Shown piece after piece: positions 1 through 12,000 of a stretch of DNA of 64,000 nucleotides. The stretch covers positions 2,710-66,709 of the forward strand of contig CAYPXA010000002.1 in the NCBI GenBank assembly GCA_964414985.1. Direction: 5' to 3'. This stretch comes from an uncultured Methanosarcinales archaeon. Lineage in GTDB: Archaea > Nanobdellota > Nanobdellia > Woesearchaeales > JAGWAF01. Position 1 is the first letter of the stretch; each line of letters opens with the position of its first letter. The position numbers and the translations under genes were made by a program. The notes under the pieces were generated by a model. That model had not been told where the DNA came from. It did not search any database and was given only the letters and a program-made list of their open reading frames with translations.

Positions 1-3000
1 GAAATTTCTGAAGAGCCTGCTGCTGAAGAGCCATTATTTGAGGTGCAGGAATTGCCTGAAACACAGCCAGAACAGCAGTATTCTGCGCAGGCAACAACAA
101 TAGCTTCATGCCCATACACAATCAGCTCATCTGGAGATTATGACCTTTCTGCAGACTTGTCAACTACCGGAACATGCATTACTATCAGCATTGCAAATGT
201 AAGCCTTGACTGCAAAGGGTATAAACTTAGGGGAGATTATAGTGGAACCGATTATGGAATCTATTCAACTACAAGCACAGCAGACAATATCACAATCAAA
301 AACTGCATGATTGCAAATTTTAGCACAGGAATTTATGCAAATTCAGCTACACAGGACACATGGTATATCTACAATAATTCAATAAAAAGAATGATTCAGC
401 ATGGAATCTACACAGTTGGAGACAAATTCTACATTGAGAACAACACAATAAACAACACAGGGCTTTCATTATCATATTATGGCATTTATTTTGGAGGGAC
501 TAATGCAGCTTACAGATCCAGGATTATCAACAACAGCCTTTCATCAGTAGGAACAGGAATCTATGTGAGAGGCAGCTACCACCAGATTGAAAGAAACAAG
601 ATTAAAACTTTTGCAGTAAAGGGAATAAATATGGATGGAACTTATGGCGCAGACAGAAGCAACATAACCTCTAATTTTGTAGAAAACGGACCAAGCAGTA
701 ATGTAGGAATTTATGTATACCCCAACGCAGACTACAACAGGATAATCAACAATACTGTAAAAAATGTAGGTATTGGAATTCAGGCATACAGCAGCTACAG
801 CCAGATACATAACAACACAGTATACAACATTTCCTCAAGTTATGGGCTGATTATTGATGGGGACAGGAACAACATAACTTCAAACAAAATTGAAAAAACT
901 ACATCTGGTATTGGGACCAAGTGGGGCATTTATTTAAGCGGGGCTTCAGATTATCTCCGGATTATTAACAACACAATAAAAAATTTCAATGACGGAATTT
1001 ATAATTATGGAAGCTACAACCAGATACACAATAACCGCATATACAACATTTCTAATTTATATGGCCTGCATGTATATCCCGGGAGCAGAAACAACATAAC
1101 CGGCAATATTATAGATGGCATGACTGGAACAGGGGCAGCTTATGGAATTTATCTTTCTTCTTCAAATTATAACAGATTAATAAACAATACAGCCCAAAAA
1201 CTGAAAAAATTTGGGCTGGGCATAATTGGCAGCAGCCATACCTATCTTTCAAACAACACAATAGAAAATGCAACATTTGGAATTGATTTAGGGGATATAA
1301 CATCCTCAAGTGCGGTATCAATCTTTAACATAACCACCGATGGCCAGACAAACAGGATTAATGGGAAATACCTTTACTGGCTAAGCAAAGAGCAGAACAA
1401 GGTTTATGATTTCAATAACATAAGCATGCTTGCCTGCACATATTGCAATAATATCACCTTAAAAGAAACCTTGATTTCAAACAACTCGCATGCGGTTATA
1501 TTCTATAACACCTCTAATTCTGTTATTAAGAATATTAATCCTAATGGAATCCTTCGTGGAAATATAATTGTTTTTAACGGAAGCAACGTAAGCATTGAAA
1601 ATGTGAATATCACCGGAAATATTACTTATTCAACAAGTTATGGCATACTTGCAAAATGGGTAAGCAGGTTAAGCATAAAAAATACGAGTGTCTCAAAAAC
1701 ATTCTATGGATACTATTTGTATGATTTAAAGGATTATTTTACTTTTTCTGAATCAACGCTAAAAGACTGCATCTCTAACAACCAGGCTTATGACTTTTAC
1801 ATGCTCAGTTCAAGTTCAAAGCATGGACTTATCAGAAACAGCCAGTTTTATGAAAGAGCCAGTATTGCGTCCGGAATTAATATGACTATCTATAACAACA
1901 CATTTAATGAAAGCGATCCCGGTGAAAATTATGCTCACTCTTTTGAGTTTAATGGCAAAGAAAGCAAAGTCTACAACAATACTTTTTATTCTTTGAAGGG
2001 CAGGGGCATGTCTTTTACAGACATAGAAAACACTGAGGTATTCAATAACACAGTCTTTAAGGCAGGGGATAGCACGGCAGATGACTGCATTTACATTAAT
2101 GCTGCAAGCAGCAACGCCAAGATCTACAACAACACTTTCAAGAACTGCGGAGACATGGGCATATATCTTTACAACAGCAACCCTGCAGTTGGAGTATTAA
2201 TCCAAAATAACACAGTGCAAAATTTTGGAACTGGAGTTTCAACAGAAGCAAATGGATACGGAATTTTTATTTCATCAGTAAACAAAGCAAAAGTTATCGG
2301 AAACAAAATACAAACAGGAGATTCATGCTATTGGATAAGAAACTCCCAAAATATTTACTTTTCAGGAAACAACTGCAGTTCAACATCAAGAGGATTTACT
2401 TTTTATGGATCTTCGACCATCCACAGCCAGTTTAACATAACAACAAACGGCCAGACAAACCTGATAAACGGAAAATATCTGTACTGGCTTCAGAAAGAGC
2501 AGAACAAAGTTTATGATTCCAGCAATATAAGCATGCTTGCATGCATCGGCTGCAAAAACATAACTGTCCAAAATTTAAATTTTGCAAACAACAGCCATGG
2601 AATAATCTTCTGGAAAACAAATGATTCAAAAATTGACAACATAACTGTCAAAAAAATAACAGCCCATGAAATTGATGCAAGCGGGATGATCCTTAATTCA
2701 CACAGAGTTCTGGTAAATAATTCTATTTTTGACAATTTAGGAGTAACCGAGAAATATGGAATTTACACTTCAGGAGCTTCATCTCCTGTTCAGAAAAATA
2801 TAACAGTTGCAAACAGCATTTTCAAATATTTTTCATATGGAATTTATGCACCTTATTCAGACCATATGATCATAGACAACTGCACTTTTTTAAATCAGGG
2901 AATTAATGGGATCAATCTTGTTTATGTACAATCGCATAATGCAACGATTAAGAACAGCTTCTTCAACAGCAGCGGCCAGTATGCAGTCAGCATGACTTCC

Positions 3001-6000
3001 TCAAACAATAGTTTGACTGGAAACTATTTTGAAAAAGGAGGGCTTTTGCTTTCCTCTACTTCAGCCAAGAACAAAATCAGGCAAAATAACTTTAACAAGG
3101 TCACATATAGCATTGCATTAAATTTAGGAATAGGGAGTTATAATGATGTTTCGCTAAATAATATTACCAATGCTCCTTCTACAAATGCAGTGAACATTTA
3201 TATTAACGGAGGAAGCTATAACCAAATAACAAACAATAGGATAAACGCCAAAGGTGTTGGAAGCAATATAATCTATTTGGCTTCACTCTCTAATTATAAT
3301 TTAATCAGCGGAAACCTTATCAATGATTCCACCAATGCAGGAATCTACCTTGAAGGCACCAATTACAACAATACACTCTTCAATAATACAATCACAAACT
3401 GTGATGATGACGGAATTTATTTTTATGGAAGCAATGCTTATTATAAAAGGCAGAACAAGATTATTGGGAACATAATCAACAATTCAGGAACAGACGGCTC
3501 TGGAAACGGAATTTACATTTCTGGGTTGGGCACTGTTTCGCCATATTCATACGGCAACAATATTTCAGGAAACATAATCCAGAATTCTGACGATTACGGA
3601 CTAAGCATAAGCTCGCAGTACTTTGACAATAATTACATCTACAACAACAAATTCAACAACACAAACAACGTTTATTCTGTTTCAGGAGCAGTAAACAAAT
3701 GGAATATTACCAAAACTGCTGGAACAAATATTATAGGCGGGCCTTTTATTGGAGGCAACTACTGGGACAATTACACAGGAGTTGATGGAAGCCCGCAGGA
3801 TGGGCTTGGCAGTACAACTTACACAGTTGCATCAGGCGAAATCGACTACCTGCCTCTTGTTGTTTTTATGGATACAAATGCGCCGACATTCAGCAATGCA
3901 GTAAACACTTCAATTGATTTTAGGGAAAACCATAATTTTACTGCGAACATCACAATAACAAACACTGCGCTTGATGCATATATATTCTCTACAAATGCAA
4001 GCGGAAGCTGGGTGAACACAAGTGCAAGGGATATTTCAGGAGCGCAGCATAATGCTTCAGAGCAGGAAAATGTAACAGTTGTTGCAGGAAGCACAGTCTG
4101 CTGGTACTACTGGGCTAATGACACTTCAAACAACAATGCAACTTCATCAACTTACTGCTTCACAGTTGCCGGCAGCGGAGCAAATGCAAACTATTCCAAT
4201 TATGACGGAGCAACAACAGACTTTGACAACCACCCAACTCCGGGAAATATCTACAATGCAATACTCGAAGTTTTAGGCAGCGGAAGAATAACCTGGCCTG
4301 GTCCTGTTAATGCAACAAACCAGGATTTTGACGCAAACATAAACATATCAGACAACTGGATTTTTGTAAACACTTCAGCATTGCACCCATCGTTCAACAC
4401 AAGCGCAAACATCTCGCTTTACGGGCTTTCATGGGCAGACCCAATAATAAAATTCAGCTATGACAATGTGAACTTTTTCATATGCAACGGAACAACAGAC
4501 CCGTCGTGCACTCCTTATTTCTGGAACGGAAGCACTCTTAACTTTACAGTGTCGCACTTTACAGCATTCACAACAGCAGAGGGCACTAATCTCACAATCT
4601 GGGATGACACAGACTACACTGCAAAATACCCTAATGAAAAAGTCAAGTTCTACGCAAACTACACAGATGCTGCAGACGGAAGCTCAATAAACGGAACAGG
4701 AGTATACTGCGAGTTCAGGGAAAACTCAACAGGAAGCTGGTCTTCAAAAGTCAATATGACATTTAATGCAACAAGCGAGCTTTACGAATACAACAAGAGC
4801 TTCAGCACTGGAGGCATATTCTACTTCAATGCAAGCTGCTTCAACAATTTGAGCTATGCAAACCTGACTTTGATTGATTCATTCAACATAACCGGAAACA
4901 GCGCCCCATCAATTGCGCAGGCCAAGGCCAATGCAACATACACAACAAATTACACAAATGAAGACTTGTTCTGCTATGCAAACGCGACAGATTCAGAAGG
5001 AGACAATGTAAGCTATTACGGCTACTGGTACAAGGACGGAGTGCAGCAGTTTTATGAAAGCTATAGCTCAATAAATGACGGCCAGGCAAGCACGAATGAT
5101 GAAGCATTTGCTGTTGCAGTTGATTCTGAAGACAACATTCTGATTGCAGGAAAGCTCGGCGGCAACCTTTCATTTGCAAAATACTATCCCAACTCAACTT
5201 TAGCTTGGTCTAAAACACTTAAGCGGGGCTCATATTCAGAAGAGGCAAAAGGGGTTGCTGTAGATTCTAATGATAACATCATCCTTACAGGAAAAAGGTC
5301 GGCAGGCACCAGCTTGGATTTATGGCTTCTGAAATTTGACAAAAACGGAAACCACATCTGGAATATTACAAATGGGGATTCAGGCTCGCTTCAGGATTTT
5401 GGAAATGCTGTTGCAATAGGCCCGGGGAACAGCATTTATGTTGCAGGAAAAAAGACTGACACTATACGAAGCAATTCTGAAATGTGGATTTTGAAATACG
5501 ATTCAAGCGGCAGCCTTTTGTGGAACAAGCTTTTTACAAACTATAATAATGATACTGAGGGAATGGGCATAGCGGTAGACAGCTATGGAAATGCATTTGC
5601 TGCAGGGTATGTATATGTCGGGCCTGGCAATTCACTTTTTGCAGTTGTTAAGTACAACTCTTCAGGAAGCCAGGTATGGAACACAACTTTTGGGGGTTCA
5701 GGAACAGAATCTGCTAAAAGCATAGCTCTTGACAATGCAGGAAATATTTATGTTGCAGGCCTTACAGGCTCATTCGGAAACGGAAGCTCATCATACAAGG
5801 ATGTATGGACTGTCAAGCTGAACTCTACAGGAAGCATTTTATGGAACAGGACATTTGGAGGGCTTAACTTGAATGATGAAGGAGACGGAATTGCAGTAAC
5901 TTCAGACGGCACCTCTTATGTTTCAGGAATTGCAGACTCGGCTTCAGGAAGCACTGCAAAACTTTTGCTTTTAAGATATAATTCAACAGGAAGCCTGATT

Positions 6001-9000
6001 TCTGCAAAAAAGAGATACTGGTATGGAAATGAAAGAGGATGGGGCATAGCGCTAAACAGCAAAGATGAGCCGGTTATAGGCGGAAGGCTTCTTTCATCTT
6101 CAGGAAGAAGCATGCTCATGCTGAAATACCACGGCTTTGAGCTTCAGAACCAGACAGAAGGAGAGCTTGCACTCATTGACACCATCGGCTCTGGCAACAC
6201 AACAAAGGGAGAAGACTGGTACTGCAGCGTTTCTGCATCTGACGGAGCAGGCGCATCAGGTTACAACTCAAGCAACATTGTGCATATCAGAGATTATTCA
6301 CCTGCTGTAACAAATGTATTTGTCAACTCAACAACTCAATACAACTATTCAAATGAAAACATAACCTGCTATGCAAATGCAACTGACATTGACGGAGACA
6401 ATATTACATATACTGGATTCTGGTTCAAGAATGGAGTCCAGCAGTTCTACGGCTGGAACAGGACTTTTGGAAGGGCATCAAATGATGAGGTTGCATATGG
6501 CATTGCAGTTGACAGCAATTCAAATGTTATTATGGCAGGAGAAAAAGACCCCAACCAGGGCGACCTTTTTACTGTCAAGTTTGATTCTCAAGGAAACTAC
6601 CTTTGGAATGTGACAGAGGATCCTTCAGGCTCTTCAGGACATGATGTTCTAAAAGATGCTTCTGTTGATTCGGAAGATAATGTAGTTGTTGCAGGAATGT
6701 CTACAAGCAGCTCGAACTGCGAGAGGATTTGGGTTGTAAAATACAATTCTTCAGGCGCAAAGCTGTGGAACAACACTCTTTATACAGGAGCATGCACAAC
6801 AGGATATTTGGAGACAAGCGCAGAAAGTGCTGCAATAGGGCCTAACATGATTGCTGCTGCAGGCACTATCCAAAACAGCACTTTAAGGAATATGCTTACT
6901 GTTGTTTACAACTCAAGCGGCAGCCTGCTCTGGAACAGGACAAAAGACTTCAACGGCAACAAGGATGATGCGACTGGAGTTGCAGTTGACAGCCAGGGCA
7001 ATGTATTTGTTGTGGGAATCACCAGCGCAGGAAACAACCAGGAAAACCCCAACATGACTCTGGTTAAGTACAATTCAACAGGCGCTGAAAAATGGGCAAA
7101 AATGTGGCCCAAAGCAAATGCTACTGGAAACTCAATTGTGCTTGATGAAGAAGGAAACTTAATTGTTGTTGGAAAAATATTCCTCCCAGGCAAGACCAGG
7201 GTGCTTGCAGTAAAATTCAACAGCTCCGGTTCAGAGATTTGGAACAGCTCTTACAACACAAGCTCTGAAGAAGTCTATGGCACAGATGCTGCTATCAGCC
7301 CTGAAGGCAGCATAATAATCTCTGCAACTTCAGGATTGGTTCTTGGAGGTGGCGTCGGCGGCTTAGCTCTTTCATTTGTTGAAACTGACAGCGATGAAAT
7401 TGGGATGCACGACTTTAATGTTATTTCAGTCTATCCAAACGGAACAAAGATTTGGAGCTCTTATTTTGGGACATTGCAGGATGACTTTGCAGAAGGCATT
7501 GCAGTTGATGATGAAGGCAGGATTTTTGCTGCAGGCTACACAAATGCAACAGACCCTAATTATTACGACTTAATGATTTACACTATTTATGGAATCAGGC
7601 TGGAGAACAACACGCAGGGTGTGCTTGCAAACGTCTCAACTATTACTTCAAATTACACAACTGCTGGAGACAACTGGAGCTGCTGGATTTCAGGATATGA
7701 CGGAGAAGTGCTGGGAGATTATGCAATGCGCAATAATCTGACAGTAAGGCCAAATGCTGTAGGCACTATTGGAAATGCAACAATCTTATTCCCTACAGGG
7801 AACATTGAAGTCAACCAGAGCCAGACTTTTGTTGTTAACGCAACTATTTATTGCACAGGAGACCCTGGCGGAGTGTGCACAAACCTCGGCGCAACTCTTG
7901 ACCCTCTGCAGAATGTTGCAAACCTCACAGGCCCAACTGATTATATTCAGGATGTGTATGCAGATGAGGATTACATTTATGCAGCAACAGACTGCAACAG
8001 CAACTGCGATTCACGAATTTACATGTGGCACAAGAACCTTACTTATTACACTATGCTGGGCCAGTCGTCAAACGGCCTGCAGGCAGTCTATGCTGATGAA
8101 AAATACATTTATGGAGGCGGCAGGTCAAGAGTGCTTCACATCTGGAACAGGACAGACTCTTCAACTCCTTTTGCATGGATTTACAACTCTTCAAATCTTG
8201 GGGGAAGCATTGCAAGCATAATCTCAGATGAAAATTATATTTATGCAAGCACAATGTGGGGTGCAATATCCCCCAGAATCAGGGTTTTCAACAAGACAGA
8301 CAGTCAGTTCAGGAATCTTTACAACCTGACAGGTGCTTCAGACTTTGGAAGAAGAATCACCCAGGACAACAATTCGCTTTATGTAGGCAGCATGGACTGC
8401 ACAGTCTATATCTACAACAAAAGCAATTTTGCACAGTCTGCAACAACACTTGCTGCTGATGCAGGGTGCGACGACATTATGGGAATTGATGTGGATGACA
8501 AATATATTTACATCACTGGAAGGCTTTCAGCGAATTGGGAAGGGTTTATGCAGGTTTTCAATAAAACAACGCATTCCCAGGTTTTCTACTGGAACGACAC
8601 CAACAATTCTTACGGCAACCCTTCATCTTACTATATGGGCATGGATATTCACAAAGGCGATGATTACTATACCTATCAGGGAGGATTTGATGACTGGTAT
8701 ACTGACGGATGGGTTATGCAAATCAACAAAACCGGATGGTCAATTGAAGACGTGTTTGATGCGCCGTTTGCCCAAGTCAAGAGCGTCTACTGCGATTCTG
8801 ACTGGCTGTATGCAGCTACTCAATACAACTGGACTAATGGCACAGTCATGATTTTCAACAACTCATGCGGAGGAGCTCAAGCCTTGCCAAACCCAATCAC
8901 AATCAGCCCAATAAACATAACTCCTTCAGACATTGGAAAGAACACAACCATAAACTGCATTGCGAATGTCACGTCTGCAACAACTTCAATCAGCTATGTC

Positions 9001-12000
9001 AATTTTACAATAATACTTCCTAACTCAACCCAAGTCAGCCTTGGCAACGGAACAAAAACAGGAACAATCTGGAATAGCTCATCTTATAAAATACCTACAA
9101 TTGGAAGCTACACCTGCAAGGTGGATGCAGGAGACAACGCAAGCAACACAAAAACAGCAACAAAGCAGTTTGATGCAGGAGACCCTGGAGTTGTTCCAAT
9201 GAATTCAGGAACTCCATTCTATACAACAAGCCAGAATCCAACAAATGGAACTTATGTTTCATGCCTTGCAAGCATGAATGTTGGAGAATCCTGCAATGTT
9301 TCCTGGGTTGTGAATGCAACAGGTGAAATAGGGACATCCTGGAAGATGTTTGCATATTTTACAGGAAGCTATGCAGAAACTCCAAGCTTTAATGTCACAA
9401 TCACAGGAGGCGCTTTTGCAAACACAGCTCCTGCCATAAGCACAGTATTTGTCAATTCAACAACAATTCAGAATTACACAAATGAAAGCATTACCTGCTG
9501 GGTGAATTCAACAGACGCAGATGCTGACAATGTTTCCTATAATGGATACTGGCTCAAGAACGGAGCACAGAACTTGACTTTCAACACAAGCCCTGCGAAT
9601 TACACTCCTTCAATGCTTGTCAATGTTTCAACGCTGAATTCATCATTCACACTGCCAGGAGAAAAGTGGGCGTGCAGGCTAAGAGCTTATGACGGAACAG
9701 CACAGGGAGCGTACAGCACTTCACAGAATATTACAATAAGGCAGCTGCCAGACCTAAATGCACCAGTTTTCAGCAACGCAGCTAACTATTCTGTGGATTT
9801 CAGGAGGAATCACAACTTTACTGCGAATATCACGATAACCAACAATGCACTTGATGCCTATATATTCTCTACAAATGCAAGTGGAAGCTGGGTTAACACA
9901 AGTGCAAGAAGCATTTCTGGAGCGCAGCATAATGCTTCTGAAAGTGCAAATGTGACTGCTGCTGCAGGAAGCGTTGTCTGCTGGTATTATTGGGCTAATG
10001 ACACTTCAAACAACAATGCAACTTCCTCAACTTACTGCTTTACTGTGCAGATAACTCCTGACACAACTGCGCCTGTATTCAGCAATGCAATAAACTACTC
10101 TGCAGGATTCAGGCAGGCGCAGAATTTTACTGCAAACATCACAATTGACAATCTTGCGCTGGACTCATACATATTCTCGACAAATGCAAGCGGAAACTGG
10201 ACCAATAAGACAGCAAGCATAAGCGGAGCCCAGTACAACGCATCAGAAACCTCATTCATCAACCTTTCAAAAGGAAGAAGTGTCTGCTGGCACTACTGGG
10301 CAAATGACACTTCTGGAAACTCAAACACTTCATCAACATACTGCTTTATTGTGCAGAACACAGCGCCTTCAATGCTTGATGCATATGCAAGGCCATTAGG
10401 CCCAGGCCCAAGAAACATTATTACCTGTTATGCAAGAGCTGAAGACTTTGACAATGACACTGTCAGGTATGAAGGAAACTGGTACAAGAACGGAGCAGTA
10501 AACAAGTCATTCAACACTTCGCCAACTTACTATTTATCAAATGCAACTGTGAATGTTTCTGTGCTTGATTCATCCTACACTCTTGAGGGAGAGAACTGGA
10601 GCTGCAAAGCAAGGGCTTATGACGGAACTGATTACAGCGCATACCTGCAGTCTTCAAATCTTACAATACTCAAGGACTCAAATCTTTCAATATGGGATGA
10701 GACAGACGCAAAGGCAGGCTCGCAGACAAGATATCTTGGAGACACTGTCCTGTTCTGGGCAAACTACACAAATGGAACAGTGCAGATTGCAGGCCAGTGC
10801 AGCATATTCTTCAACAGCTCTTCAGGAAGCTTAATGTCATTCAATTCAACATCAGGACTGCACGAATACTCAAGAACATTCAACCTTTCTGCAGTCCATG
10901 ACTGGAATGTGTCCTGCTCAAACTCAACTTATGCATGGCAGCAGGCAAATGACACAGTAAACATTGCATTAATCAATCTTACAGCATATGTGCTTATGAA
11001 AGTGCAGTTCTGGACAGGCTCTGCCTGGGTTGATGACTATCTTGTTAATTACACAGGGCCTGACAACATAAACCTAAGCGCTGACGGAAGAGTGGATATT
11101 GATGACTACTGGACTCCTTGGAACACAAGCCTAAACACGCACGGCGCAGGAACATACAGGGCATATGTTGCATTGGTTGATGACAATAATATAACCTTAG
11201 TCAGCAGGAACGGAGTGCTTCTTGAGGACAGCTACAATTTCACAATAGCTGAAGCGCCAGAGCCTTCAAGTGGAGGTGGCGGAGGAGGCGGAGTTCCATG
11301 CGAGCATGAGTGCGACAACCCAGGAGAAAGATACTGCTTAGGCGGAAATGTTGCACTTTGCGGCTCATTTGACAATGATTACTGCAGGGATATCGGCATT
11401 GTTGACGAGTGCGAGTTCATAGAAGAGTGCATTGAAGGCGAGTGCGTCTGCATTGAAAACTGGTGGTGCGATGCATGGGGATACTGCAACTCTTCAGGAA
11501 CACAGACAAGGCAATGCATGGACATGCACACATGCGGAACAGAAAATTCACTTCCACTGCTGGAGAGAAGCTGCGAATACATCCCAACCTGTTATGACAA
11601 TATCCTAAACCAGGGAGAAGAGGGAGTTGACTGCGGAGGCCCATGCATCAAATGCCCAGAAGTCGAGAAGCCAGGCATGGTGATAACTCTTGCGAGAAAA
11701 GTAATTGACTGGATAGGGCTTGCTGTGCCAATATTGATTTACCTGATGGTAATTGCATCATTTATGGTTTCAGGATATTATTCCTACCACAAGCTTGTGC
11801 GCGAAGAATGGGTCAGCTACAAGGTTTTGGCATGGGCATTGTCATTGTCAGGAATTGCAGCAGTGCTTGCAGCAGTCTTCCTGATAGCATTCGGAACATA
11901 CCTGCCGGTTGTTGCAGGCGGAGTTGCGTTCATTGCAGTTTATCTTGCATGCCTTGAATGGTATGCCAAATCTTCAGGCCTGAACATGAGGCTTGAGATG

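Noticed and set aside
3871-10050. Possible diversity-generating retroelement (template/variable repeat pair) in giant gene 1
   Set aside because: Differences between the near-identical copies involve all base types and are not adenine-specific. No reverse transcriptase gene is in the window. Both copies are ordinary in-frame domain repeats.
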